DNA of 64,000 nt, from contig CP166615.1 in NCBI GenBank assembly GCA_041937175.2, positions 96,001 to 160,000 on the forward strand, written 5' to 3'. Below are positions 9,518-19,215 of this stretch, in pieces. Position 1 is the stretch's first letter. The number at the start of each line of letters is the position of its first letter. This DNA is from Limnothrix sp. BL-A-16 (GTDB taxonomy: Bacteria; Cyanobacteriota; Cyanobacteriia; CACIAM-69d). The notes beneath the pieces were generated by a model that was not told where the DNA came from, searched no databases, and was given only the letters and a program-made list of their open reading frames with translations. Made by a program: the position numbers and the translations under genes.

Positions 9518-10463
9518 TGTTGGTATTCTCCTTAGGCTCGCTGTCGCCGGCCGGTGGGGTGAGACCGGTGTTGGGGGTTTTGCCTTGTTCAGCCAAAATG
9601 CGGCGAATGGTTTCGATGCGCACCACAAGGCCGGAGGCTCCGTTGCGATCGAGCACCGGCAGCAACTCTTCGGCGGGCTTGGTCGTGTAAGCCGACTGAA
9701 TCGTGTACTTAATGACCTTCGGCGCAACGATTCTAACTTGGCCGCCGGCGGCCGCCGCAGTGGGCGGGGGTGCGGCTAGCACATAGGCAATGCCATCTTG
9801 CACCTCTTGGTTGGCCTGGACGATCTGGGCGGGGTTATCGATCGCCTGGCTGCCCACTAACTGGGTTTTGGCCGCATCCAAGAAAGGTGACTTTTGCAGC
9901 AGCAGCAAAAACTCGCCCACCCCTTCCAGGGAGTTGGCATAACCCTCGATGGTCAGGGTTTTCGGGGGGCGAATGGATTTGCTCGCGCTGGCGGCGGCCG
10001 CACCGGGGCTGGGCTTGGGGGTGCTGGCGGCGGCGGCGGTGGCAGCGTTCTTGTCTTCGACCTCGCGGATGGCCGTCATCTGCACGCCCACCGGCAGTCG
10101 ATCGCGCAAATCACCCAGCAGGGCAGACCAAGACTTCACGCGACTGAACACCCCCACCAAACCTTGGGTGAGCTGGTCGATCGCCTTCATCTCTGCTTCG
10201 GCTTGGGCCGCTTTGGCCAGCTCCGCTTCCAGATCTTGTAAGTCTTTATTGAGTTCGGCTTGGCTCTGTTCCAGGGCGGCTTTTTGGAGTTGGAGATAGC
10301 CCCAGAATCCGCCGATGGCCGCCGGAACCGCCAAACCCACCATCACACCCAAAATCAGCGGCAACTTACTCGCCTGGGCGACAGCAGCACCCGCTGTTTT
10401 GCCGGCCCCGGCGGTTTGGTACTCGGGGCGATCCTTCAGGAAGTTGATGTTGAGACTATACAT
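9507..10463 (-). CDS. pilN: Type IV pilus assembly protein PilN
   Basis: MYSLNINFLKDR (INLL-type motif), TM, coiled coil, SWSALLGDLRDRLP, LLLQKSPFL. Confidence 0.92.
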   Translation of the reverse strand: MYSLNINFLKDRPEYQTAGAGKTAGAAVAQASKLPLILGVMVGLAVPAAIGGFWGYLQLQKAALEQSQAELNKDLQDLEAELAKAAQAEAEMKAIDQLTQGLVGVFSRVKSWSALLGDLRDRLPVGVQMTAIREVEDKNAATAAAASTPKPSPGAAAASASKSIRPPKTLTIEGYANSLEGVGEFLLLLQKSPFLDAAKTQLVGSQAIDNPAQIVQANQEVQDGIAYVLAAPPPTAAAAGGQVRIVAPKVIKYTIQSAYTTKPAEELLPVLDRNGASGLVVRIETIRRILAEQGKTPNTGLTPPAGDSEPKENTNNGV

Positions 10464-10684
10464 AGCGAGGGCAACAGTCGGGTGGCTCGGGGTTTGCAGT
10501 CTCGGGATTCAGCTCGGTCATCACCCGGGGCAGAAGGGCGGACGATCGACAAGGGGCGATCGGGCAGGGAGGCGATGGGTCAACTCAGAGGGTGAGCGGT
10601 TGAACCGACATTAACCAACAGGGGTAACAGCAATAACCCTTGCGAGTCAATGGCTGCGTGTCAGTGGCTCTGTGCGAGGGCCCC

Positions 10685-11836
10685 CTATTCCCGGTCATCA
10701 AGCGCATTCCGCAGCCCCAACCCTAACACGACTCCCAAGCTGGCGCGTTGGGCTTCGGTGATGTCGCTGTCGGCCTCCAAACCCAAGGATTCGATCGGAT
10801 CAACCCGCATCACGGGCACGTTTAACCGTTGGGTAAAAAACTCATCAATTTCCCCGATCGCCGCGCCGGGCCCCGCCAACATCAACTGGGCAATTTCCAA
10901 ATTTTCGCTTTGGTTGAGATAGAAATCGACCGATCGCCGCAACTCATCGGCCAACTCGCCCATCATCTTCACGATCGCCACCGAGCCGGGACTCATGCCC
11001 GTCGTGCCCGAAGCGGTTCCCACGGCCTCAATTTGTGAAATGGGAATGGTCATTTCCATCAGCATGTCCGTGCTGCGGCTGGGGGGCGTGTTCATCGCCC
11101 GATTCAGGGCCTCTTGCATTTGCAAAGTCCCGATCGGGACTGTCCGCGAAAACTGCGGCACGCCATCCACCACAATCGCAATTTCACTGCTATCAAACTG
11201 GATATCCACCAGCACCACGGCCTGATTAGAAGCGTAGCCCCGGAGCTGTTCGCGGATGGTGCGAATGAGGGCAAAGCTGCTGATTTCTAAGGTCTTGATT
11301 CGTAGCCCCGCCTGCTCAAAGGTGTCCAGATAAGCATCCGTCACCTCTCGACGTGTGGCCACCAGCAACACTTGCACCTTCTCGATGCCATCTTCATCGG
11401 TGAAGTAGCCGAGTTTTTGATAGTCAACATCCGCTTCTTCTCGAGGAAAAGGGAGATAAAGACCCGCTTCCTGGTTCATGTATTGCCGCAGCTCATCATC
11501 ATTGAGTTCCGCTGGCACAGGAATCAAACGAATCACGGTTTCGCGCCCCGGAATCGCCGTGGCCACTTCTTTCACCTTGACGCGGCTATCTTGAATCACC
11601 GCCTGAATGAGTTCGGCGGCGGCGGGGGGATCCACAATCGCGCCCTCCTCAATCACGCCTTCAGGAACTTCCACGGAAGAAAGAATATTCAGCTTGAATT
11701 TCTGGCCCTTTTTTTGGAGTTGAACCAGGTTAATTCGTTCGGGTGAAATTTCGATGCCGATGCCTTTTTTACCGCCTCCTAAGAGACTGCCGATCGCGTT
11801 GGTTAAGGGGGCAAACAAGTTTCCAGCAGCGTTCAT
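10685..11836 (-). CDS. pilM: Type IV pilus assembly protein PilM (actin-like)
   Basis: GIGIEIS, EAGLYLPFPREEADVDYQ, ELRRSVDFY, LGLGLR. Confidence 0.95.
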   Translation of the reverse strand: MNAAGNLFAPLTNAIGSLLGGGKKGIGIEISPERINLVQLQKKGQKFKLNILSSVEVPEGVIEEGAIVDPPAAAELIQAVIQDSRVKVKEVATAIPGRETVIRLIPVPAELNDDELRQYMNQEAGLYLPFPREEADVDYQKLGYFTDEDGIEKVQVLLVATRREVTDAYLDTFEQAGLRIKTLEISSFALIRTIREQLRGYASNQAVVLVDIQFDSSEIAIVVDGVPQFSRTVPIGTLQMQEALNRAMNTPPSRSTDMLMEMTIPISQIEAVGTASGTTGMSPGSVAIVKMMGELADELRRSVDFYLNQSENLEIAQLMLAGPGAAIGEIDEFFTQRLNVPVMRVDPIESLGLEADSDITEAQRASLGVVLGLGLRNALDDRE

Positions 11837-12135
11837 AGTTGGGGACGGTTAGGAGACCCGAAAATGGCAGTCAAGGGGCCGATGGGCAACCATCAGGGAT
11901 CCACAAACAGGGAAATTGTTTGGCCCCAAATGGGTTGGCAGGCAGGGAATGGATGGCTCAAAAAGCCGAAAACGCTGATGGTTTCAGCACTACCATGGAC
12001 TACGACGCATGGTATCCAATTTCGTTTAAGATCGCCATACCCGAGGGTAAAGAAATCTTGCTGGCCGTAGGTTTTCACGATTGACGGCGATCGGGAAATC
12101 GCTTCAAAATTCCGTGTAAATTCGGAGAGAGCACC

Positions 12136-13449
12136 ATGGGGATGGCCAAGATGCAGCGGAGAGGGCCGCACGGAGGGTGGAGCCGTCGATCGTTTTTGCA
12201 GTTGGCTGGCGGCACGGCGATCGGGCTGGCGGCCTGTGGCCGATCGAGTTCGTCATCGGCGCTGCAATTTTGGACGATGCAACTCCAGCCCAAATTCACG
12301 GACTATTTCCAACAGGCGATCGGGGAGTTTGAATCGGCCCGATCGGGCCTGCGGGTGAATTGGCTCGATGTGCCCTGGGCCGCCATGGAAAGCAAAATTC
12401 TGACGGCGGTGGCGGCCCGCCAGGCTCCGGATGTGGTGAATTTAAACCCCAGTTTCGCCTCCCGGCTGGCGGCACGCGGGGCTTGGCTGGCCTTGGGCGA
12501 TCGGGTTCCCGCTGCCGTTCAAAGGCGCTATTTGCCCAATATTTGGCAAGCCAACGCGATCGGGGGCGAACCCTTCGGCGTGCCTTGGTATTTGACCACC
12601 AAGGTGACGATTTATAACCGATCGCTCCTGGAACAGGCCGGGATCGATCGGCCGCCCGCCACCTACGAAGACTTGGCGGAGCTGGCCCAACGGGTGCGCG
12701 AAAAAACTGGTAAATACGGCTTTTTCATCACCTTTGCCCCCAATGATTCCGCCGAGGTGCTGGAAGCTTTGGTGCAAATGGGGGTGACCTTGGTGGACGA
12801 TCGGGGGCGGGCCGCCTTTGAGTCGGCCGCCGGGCGAGCCGCCGTGAACTACTGGGTGAACTTGTTTCGGCGGGGCTGGTTACCCCAAGAAGCCCTCACC
12901 CAAGGCCACCGTCGCGGCATTGAGCTATATCAGGCGGGAGAATCGGCCCTGGTGGGTTCCAGTCCTGAATTTTTGAATGCGATCGCGACTAATGCCCCCT
13001 CGATCGCGGCCCTGTCGGCGGCGGCTCCCCAAGTGGTCGGTTCCTCCGGGGTGCGTAGTGTGGCCGTGATGAACCTCACCATTCCCAAAAAATCGCCCCG
13101 AGCCGAAGCGGCCGTCGATTTTGCCCTGTTTTTAACGGACGATCGCCACCAGCTCAGCTTTGCCCAGGCCGCCAACGTGTTGCCCTCCACCCAAGGCGCT
13201 CTGGCCAGCTTGCGGGCTAGCCTGGCCCAGGCAACGCGCCCAGGCAACGCCAGCACGATCGACCAAGCCCGCAAAATTGCCGCCGACCAACTCACCAGCG
13301 CCCGCGTGTTGCTGCCCCCAATTAAAAACCTGAAGGATCTTCAGCAAATTTTGTATGAAAACATCCAAGGGGCATTGCTAGAGGAAAAAACCGTTGATCA
13401 AGCCCTGCGGGATGCGGCGATCGAGTGGAATCACCTAGCGCCCGGTTAG
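12136..13449 (+). CDS. ABC transporter sugar-binding lipoprotein (Tat-type signal)
   Basis: SRRSFL twin-arginine, LAAC lipobox, FWTMQL, APDVVNLN, GVPWY. Confidence 0.88.
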   Translation: MGMAKMQRRGPHGGWSRRSFLQLAGGTAIGLAACGRSSSSSALQFWTMQLQPKFTDYFQQAIGEFESARSGLRVNWLDVPWAAMESKILTAVAARQAPDVVNLNPSFASRLAARGAWLALGDRVPAAVQRRYLPNIWQANAIGGEPFGVPWYLTTKVTIYNRSLLEQAGIDRPPATYEDLAELAQRVREKTGKYGFFITFAPNDSAEVLEALVQMGVTLVDDRGRAAFESAAGRAAVNYWVNLFRRGWLPQEALTQGHRRGIELYQAGESALVGSSPEFLNAIATNAPSIAALSAAAPQVVGSSGVRSVAVMNLTIPKKSPRAEAAVDFALFLTDDRHQLSFAQAANVLPSTQGALASLRASLAQATRPGNASTIDQARKIAADQLTSARVLLPPIKNLKDLQQILYENIQGALLEEKTVDQALRDAAIEWNHLAPG

Positions 13450-13467
13450 GTGGGGTTTTCAACAATC

Positions 13468-13499
13468 AAAAGGGACAGCACCACACGGAGCTGTCCCTT
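13468..13499 (-). terminator. Intrinsic terminator between convergent SBP gene and curT
   Basis: AAGGGACAGC...GCTGTCCCTT stem with A-run on the left (U-tail on the minus strand). Confidence 0.6.
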
Positions 13500-13641
13500 C
13501 CATCGGTCTTCGTCGAAAATTGGGGTTGCGATCGATACCGCACCGGTTTGCGATCAAACACCTCACCCGTGGCGAGGGGCGATCGAGCGACAGGAACTGG
13601 CGCGGCCTGAGATTGCCCAATCTCCATAGCCAACCAGGAAA

Positions 13642-14061
13642 CTACTTTTGACCCAACACCTGACCCTTCAGGGTTGCAATCTTGCTGGAGAGTTCCTGAC
13701 GGTTTTCGGCTCGCAGCAGGTAGCGATAAATGAACCAACCGGTGTAGGTGGCCCCAATCAGCTCGAACGTGGGCGACAGCAGCGGGATCTCGTTGATGGC
13801 ACCCAGCAGGGCCAACAGGATCTTCACTGAAATCAGCGCGAAAACAATCAGAGCGACGGTGACCACGGGCTGACGGTATTCGCCATAGAACTTGCCGACG
13901 TATTCCGGCAGTTTGGCCAAAAAGTCAGAAACTTGGTCAAGGATTTGCTGAAACTCAGCGTTGTTTGCTTCTTCGCTACTGGCCGGGGCTAGCGAACCGC
14001 CTTTTTCGGCACTTACGGAGCCAGCGTCGGCATAGTCAGATTTTTGCAGTTCGGGTTCCAT
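13642..14061 (-). CDS. curT: CAAD-domain thylakoid curvature protein
   Basis: LLGAINEIPLLSPTFELIGATYTGWFIYRYLL...RQEL. Confidence 0.9.
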   Translation of the reverse strand: MEPELQKSDYADAGSVSAEKGGSLAPASSEEANNAEFQQILDQVSDFLAKLPEYVGKFYGEYRQPVVTVALIVFALISVKILLALLGAINEIPLLSPTFELIGATYTGWFIYRYLLRAENRQELSSKIATLKGQVLGQK

Positions 14062-14380
14062 TGTTCACGACCGATATACAGCGTTTCGATAGTAGACTGC
14101 TGCCGCAAAGGGGGACTGTCCGATCAAAACATCCGATGGGAACCGTTGTTTTGGGAGGACAGCTCACGGTTTATGCAGTCAGTCCGGTGTGTGGTGGGTT
14201 GGGCTGGAGCGAGGGGCATTCCCGATCGAGCGATCGTGGTTTAGCTAGGAAAATACCCTAGACTCTTCAGAACTGCAATCCTGGGACGATCGCCCGGCAG
14301 GGGGCCTGCCGAAAGTCTAACCAAGCTAGCACGGCCGATGAATGTCGGTGGATGGAAGTTTTGTTGAGCAGGGCGAAACC

Positions 14381-15442
14381 ATGAGTGAACCAATGGAACA
14401 ACGGGGACTGGCTTCTCAATCCCGATCGACCCGATCGGCCGTTTTGCGAATTTTGGATGCCAACCTCGATCGGGCCCGGGAGGGGCTGCGAATTGTGGAG
14501 GAATGGTGTCGGTTTGGGCTGGAAAGTGCCGAACTCACCGAACAGTGCAAAGCCATGCGCCACGAATTAGCCCAATGGCACAGCGATGAAATGCGATCGG
14601 CCCGCAACACCCCCGCCGATCCCGGCACAACCCTGACCCACAGCAACGAAGAGACCCGATCGAGCATTCAGGCCGTTTTGCAGGCTAACCTGTGCCGCGT
14701 GCAGGAAGCCCTCCGTTCGATCGAGGAATATGGCAAGCTGCTGTCCCCCGAGCTATCCCAAGCTTGCAAGCAACTGCGCTACCAAACCTATAGCCTAGAG
14801 AGCCGTTTGCAGGGACGAAACCGCCACCAACAATTGGCGGCCGCCCGGCTTTATCTGGTGACCTCCCCCCATGAATACCTCTTTGAAGTGGTGGAAGAGG
14901 CCCTCAAGGGAGGGCTGTCCCTCGTGCAATATCGCGATAAAAATGAGGACGATGGACGGCGCTTGGCCAATGCTCAACGACTTTGCGACTTGTGCCATCA
15001 CTACGGGGCGCTGTTTTTGGTGAACGATCGGGTTGATGTGGCGATCGCCGTCGGGGCCGATGGGGTTCACTTGGGTCAGCAGGATTTTCCCCTGGAAGCG
15101 GCCCGGCAGATTTTGGGGCCCGAATATCTCATTGGCTGCTCCACCACCAACCCGGCTGAAATGGAGCGGGCCCTGCGGGGCGGTGCTGATTACATCGGCG
15201 TGGGCCCCGTCTATGAAACCCCCACCAAAGCGGGCAAGGCGGCCGCTGGGTTGGAGTATGTGGCCTTTGCGGCGGAAAAGTCGCCGGTTCCCTGGTTTGC
15301 GATCGGGGGCATTGATGCCCAAAACTTGCCGGCCGTTTTGGAAGCCGGTGCGCAACGGGTAGCCGTGGTGCGGGCCCTGATGGCCGCAGAGCAACCCAAA
15401 CAAGTCACCCAATATTTACTGTCCCAACTTCACGTCCTGTAA
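14381..15442 (+). CDS. thiE: Thiamine-phosphate synthase (cyanobacterial long form)
   Basis: RILDANLDRAREGLR N-terminal domain; VQYRDK, VNDRVD, GVHLGQQD, GPVYETPTK, AIGGI; start uncertain (14342-14393). Confidence 0.95.
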   Translation: MSEPMEQRGLASQSRSTRSAVLRILDANLDRAREGLRIVEEWCRFGLESAELTEQCKAMRHELAQWHSDEMRSARNTPADPGTTLTHSNEETRSSIQAVLQANLCRVQEALRSIEEYGKLLSPELSQACKQLRYQTYSLESRLQGRNRHQQLAAARLYLVTSPHEYLFEVVEEALKGGLSLVQYRDKNEDDGRRLANAQRLCDLCHHYGALFLVNDRVDVAIAVGADGVHLGQQDFPLEAARQILGPEYLIGCSTTNPAEMERALRGGADYIGVGPVYETPTKAGKAAAGLEYVAFAAEKSPVPWFAIGGIDAQNLPAVLEAGAQRVAVVRALMAAEQPKQVTQYLLSQLHVL

Positions 15443-15486
15443 CTTCGCGCCCTTCTAACTTCGCGCCCTCTAACTTCGCGCCTTTT
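15425..15486 (+). repeat. 15-16 bp tandem repeat x4 (TAACTTCGCGCCCTC) spanning the thiE stop
   Basis: caacttcacgtcctg / taacttcgcgcccttc / taacttcgcgccctc / taacttcgcgcctttt. Confidence 0.85.
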
Positions 15487-15610
15487 AGCTCCAATTCCTT
15501 GAGTCCTTTGGGCAGGACGGGGGGCACAACCCGATCGCCGGGACTGTTGCCCCAATTGCCGCAAACTTTCCACACATCCAGACCCTTTGAGCCGTTTTGG
15601 AGGATCCTTC

Positions 15611-15835
15611 ATGAGTGAGCTATCCAGTTCAACCATTGCCTTGCAGGTGAATGGCGAAGCCCGCCACTGTGCTCCTGGCACGCAGCTCCCGGATTTTTTG
15701 ACACAATTGGGACTAAATCCGCGTTTGGTGGCCGTGGAATATAACGGTGAAATCTTGCATCGGCAGTTCTGGGAACGCACCACGTTGCAGGAAGGCGATC
15801 GGCTGGAGATTGTCACGATCGTGGGTGGTGGCTAA
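15611..15835 (+). CDS. thiS: Sulfur carrier protein ThiS
   Basis: VNGE..., VAVEYNGEIL, C-terminal EIVTIVGGG. Confidence 0.95.
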   Translation: MSELSSSTIALQVNGEARHCAPGTQLPDFLTQLGLNPRLVAVEYNGEILHRQFWERTTLQEGDRLEIVTIVGGG

Positions 15836-15843
15836 GGGTGGGG

Positions 15844-15863
15844 CTAGGGGTTTAAGCCCCTTG
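15844..15863. repeat. Isolated degenerate hairpin core of the repeat family
   Basis: ctaggggtttaagccccttg 8 bp after the thiS stop. Confidence 0.7.
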
Positions 15864-16117
15864 TCTGTCGGGTCGGCGGGCGGACAATCTGGAGTTGAAG
15901 TCATCGGAATTGCCCGATCGGGATGGATTGCCCACCGATGCCCAGACCATCAAAGGCTGATGATTTTTAAGCGGATGATTTTGAAGGATTGCGATTCGGG
16001 AAATTGCAATTCAGAAAATTGCGATCCAAGGTAATAACGATCCAGGTTGATCGCCACCGATTGCCCAGTGATCACCCACCAATCATCTGAATCGATCGTC
16101 CGATGGGGCGTGATCGC

Positions 16118-16176
16118 AAAAAAAAGCTCCCCACCCGAAGGCGGAGAGCTGAGATATCGTCAGGGTGCATCTACCT
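16118..16176 (-). ncRNA. nsiR1: NsiR1-like small RNA (single copy) upstream of, and on the opposite strand to, hetF
   Basis: Minus strand AGGTAGATGCACCCTGACGATATCTC-AGCTCTCCGCC-TTCG-GGTGGGGAGCT-T-run, ~59 nt; 5' GGTAGATGCACCCTGA recalled as the NsiR1 signature; locus matches. Confidence 0.7.
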
Positions 16177-16207
16177 GTCTTTTCCCTTCGCAGAACCGTA
16201 CGGGTTG

Positions 16208-16213
16208 TCCGGA
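16208..16213 (-). promoter_or_regulatory. DIF1-type promoter motif TCCGGA at about -35 of the sRNA
   Basis: TCCGGA ends 32 nt upstream of GGTAGATG; GGAAA at about -10. Confidence 0.65.
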
Positions 16214-16356
16214 TAAGCTGACGAAAAAAGTTTTAGCTAGTTTGGTTTTGGACTGTTCTTATTCACTTTCCTCTTGTTCGTTTTCTTCCATTGCCACCCT
16301 ATGGCTGTCTGATTTTTGGCTGTCTGATTGTTCGCCCGCTGTAGCGCCCTTGTCCT

Positions 16357-18045
16357 ATGCCGACTTCCGCGATCGCCAAAGCCGTCTTGGAATTTCACCT
16401 GTCGATTACGCCGTTGGGTGGGGACGATCGGGTGTTGATTCGCACGGAACGAGCGCCCAAGGGAGTGATGTTGGCGGAAGAGCAAGCCATCTGGCCGATT
16501 GGGGAATGGTTGGTGCAGGCGGAACGGTTGATGGCGGATCCGCTGTGGGATCTGTTTCGCACGGAGCCAGCAACCGATGAGCGCCTGGCCAGCCTGGTGG
16601 CCTTGGGAGAACAGCTATACAGCGCGTTATTTCAAGGTTCCATTCGCGATCGATGGATTTCTGCCCAAAGCGTGGCCGATAGCCAAGATGCGGCGCTACA
16701 TTTGCGGTTGGGACTGCGGGGCGATCGATTGCTGCAACTGCCCTGGGAAGCGCTCTATGGCGATGGGCGACTGTTGACCACGGGCACGGATATCACCTTT
16801 TCTCGCTATCGATCGCAGTTTGGCCGCTCCGGTAGCTTTGATGCGCGGCGGTTGACCCTGCGCCGCTCAGATTCATTGCGAATTTTGGTGGCCCTGGCGG
16901 CTCCCGACGACCAAGCGGCCTTAGCCGTGGAGCAAGAGGTGGGGCGGTTGCGCCAAGAGCTGCAACAAACCACCGCCCACATGGAAATCGATGTGCTGGA
17001 TCAGCCCGATCGGGAACAACTCACCCATGCCCTCGAACAGGGGCAATACCATGTGTTTCACTACGCCGGCCACAGCGACCCGGGCCCCGATGGGGGCAGT
17101 TTGCACTTGGTGAATCGGCGCACGGGCCTGGCGGAACCCTTGGCGGGCAACGACTTGGCGGGGCTGTTGGTGAATAACGGCGTGTGGCTGGCTTTTTTGA
17201 ATTCTTGTCGGGGCAGCGACTCGCCGGTTTATCGATCGGATGCGCCGGAAACCGATGCGGACACGTTGGCGGCGGCCCTGATGCGACGCGGTGTGCCGGG
17301 GGTGCTGGCCATGTCGGAGCAAATTCCCGATGATGTGGCGATTACTCTGATGCAGTTGTTTTATCGCAACCTGCGTCCGGACTATTCCCTGGATTTAGCC
17401 ACCAGCCGAATGCGTCAGGGGTTGGTTTCCACCTATGGTTCGGCGCAGTTCTATTGGGCCTTGCCCATTTTGTATTTGCATCCCGACTTTGACGGGTTGC
17501 TATTTGCGGCGGGTGTACCCATCTCGCTGCCGGGGCGATCGCCCTTAATTCCCAACGGTGAGCCACTGCCCACCACTCCGCGATCGCCCGATGAGTCGGG
17601 GTTGCGGCCCCCAATGCCCCTCAAGGGTCTGGCCGATGAGCAGCTAGCGGATGATCAGTGGGCCGATCAAACCATGGCGGTGAATCTGGAGGAGCTAGTG
17701 GCGCGATCGCCCTCGGATGCCGTAGGGAGCGATCGCCCGGACACAAGTCGCAGCCAGCATGGTCCCAATGGCCAAAGTGGCCAGAACGAGCAGGGCAACT
17801 TACCGGCGGCCGCAGCCACGGCGTGGGCGGATCGATCGCGCCCTCGGTTTGACCTGGGATCCGCCGACGCGGACAATGCTGCCCGATCGGGGGCTGCCAA
17901 GGCCGTCACCGTGCCCCAATCTTGGTTAGTGGCTGGAGCCTTGGCCGTGCTGTTGGGGGCGGGTGGGTTGTGGTGGACGGGGGCCGGTCAGGAACCCGAT
18001 CGCAGCCAATGCCCCAACCCACCGCCCCGATCGCCCAATCCCTGA
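16357..18045 (+). CDS. hetF: HetF-like CHAT (caspase-family) protease, N-terminal part; frameshifted near 17979-17983
   Basis: EFHLSITPLG...LIRTE...LAEEQAIWPIGEWL matches the HetF N-terminus; LPWE, HYAGHS and LNSC (His/Cys dyad), WALPILY; TM helix just before the break. Confidence 0.8.
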   Translation: MPTSAIAKAVLEFHLSITPLGGDDRVLIRTERAPKGVMLAEEQAIWPIGEWLVQAERLMADPLWDLFRTEPATDERLASLVALGEQLYSALFQGSIRDRWISAQSVADSQDAALHLRLGLRGDRLLQLPWEALYGDGRLLTTGTDITFSRYRSQFGRSGSFDARRLTLRRSDSLRILVALAAPDDQAALAVEQEVGRLRQELQQTTAHMEIDVLDQPDREQLTHALEQGQYHVFHYAGHSDPGPDGGSLHLVNRRTGLAEPLAGNDLAGLLVNNGVWLAFLNSCRGSDSPVYRSDAPETDADTLAAALMRRGVPGVLAMSEQIPDDVAITLMQLFYRNLRPDYSLDLATSRMRQGLVSTYGSAQFYWALPILYLHPDFDGLLFAAGVPISLPGRSPLIPNGEPLPTTPRSPDESGLRPPMPLKGLADEQLADDQWADQTMAVNLEELVARSPSDAVGSDRPDTSRSQHGPNGQSGQNEQGNLPAAAATAWADRSRPRFDLGSADADNAARSGAAKAVTVPQSWLVAGALAVLLGAGGLWWTGAGQEPDRSQCPNPPPRSPNP

Positions 18046-18689
18046 ATCCGCCAAACGATTGGAACAGCACCGACACGGAAACGGTGCAGGCGATCGCCCT
18101 GCAAGCCTTGCGCCAAAAGCAACTCCCCACCGCTGTGCAGGCGATCGAAGCCCTGCTGGCCCCCAACCGCAACGCCGCCGCCATTGCCCGGGACGTGCTG
18201 CAAACCCTCCCCAACAGCCAAGACACCGCCGAAACCCTCTTCTTGCGCGGGCGGGTGACCTGGCAACTGGCACGCCAACAGCAACCGGACTATAGCTTCA
18301 ACGATGCCCAACGGTTTTGGGAGCTGGCCATTCAACAGAACCCCAATGATCCGCGCTATCACCTGGCCTTAGGGTTTGCGCATTTTCAGACCCAAACCCT
18401 CGATCGGGCTGAGCAAGCCTTTGCCGAATCCCTGAACCTCACCCAAACCGCTGACGGAGCCATCCTCAGCGATAACCTGGCCCTCACCGCCCAAGCGGGC
18501 CTGGCGCTGGTGGCCCAGGCCCGGGCCCAACAAAACAACGACTCCGCAGCCCTGCAACAGGCCATTCGCTACCGCGATCAGGTGCAAGCCAACGCTGGCA
18601 GCCAGTTTCAGCCCCCCGTTTTGGCGCAGAATTGGCTCTGGACAGAGTTGGCCCTCAGTCAATGGCAGCAACTACTCAGCCGATCGTAA
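17982..18689 (+). CDS. C-terminal TPR part of the HetF-like protein (other frame)
   Basis: DWNSTDTETVQAIALQAL..., FLRGRVTWQ, YHLALGFAHF, NWLWTE..W; no convincing own start; joins the upstream frame if one G is added. Confidence 0.7.
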   Translation, partial: GRSGTRSQPMPQPTAPIAQSLNPPNDWNSTDTETVQAIALQALRQKQLPTAVQAIEALLAPNRNAAAIARDVLQTLPNSQDTAETLFLRGRVTWQLARQQQPDYSFNDAQRFWELAIQQNPNDPRYHLALGFAHFQTQTLDRAEQAFAESLNLTQTADGAILSDNLALTAQAGLALVAQARAQQNNDSAALQQAIRYRDQVQANAGSQFQPPVLAQNWLWTELALSQWQQLLSRS

Positions 18690-18843
18690 TCTTTTGACAT
18701 CTCGCCATTTGCCCCGATCGATCGCCCCCAAGACCGGGGCCAGATCTCCCCTTTGTTGGCCAGAGTTTGGCTCCGTTGGCTTGCGCTGTGCCCCTTTGCC
18801 CCGTTTTCTCGATCCCAACGCTCGATCGCCTTTGCTACGAACC

Positions 18844-18857
18844 GTAACGTTAATTAC
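18844..18857. promoter_or_regulatory. NtcA-like site upstream of rbcL
   Basis: GTA-ACGTTAAT-TAC (GTA-N8-TAC) in the AT-rich region upstream of rbcL. Confidence 0.5.
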
Positions 18858-19215
18858 GAAAATTCATAAGATCCCAAAGTATTTGCAAAGTTCTAGCTAT
18901 ACCTTTCCTGATATATTTTTTTTGGGCAATTCGGCTACAACTTCGCGAGAGTGCAGCCCGTTGGCGGTATCGTCTCGACCGTCACCTTTGAAGAAACTGC
19001 TTCTCTCGGATTTCTAGCTGCTTGATCGCTCGTCTAAGCGCCGATTCATCCAAAATAATGCCATTTGCATAATGCGATTCGCATTCCTCGGTTTGCGAAG
19101 CTCCAAGATCTAAGGAGCTTCGCAAGATTCTGCTGTGAAGACGCTGCTGATCTCTCAATCGCCCACCACTTTCGCCGACCCTCGATCGACGAAGCAGTTC
19201 TTAGGAAGGGACGTT

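Noticed and set aside
8741..9727. Extended starts in the ORF track (pilO 9727, rbcL 19135, pdhA 37669, psbD 51385, mntC 42652, cysA 53843)
   Set aside because: Extensions overlap neighbours or operators; conserved N-termini begin downstream
14062..14380. TPP riboswitch upstream of thiE/thiS
   Set aside because: No CTGAGA or CCTGA..AATGC..GCG.AGG signature found by eye
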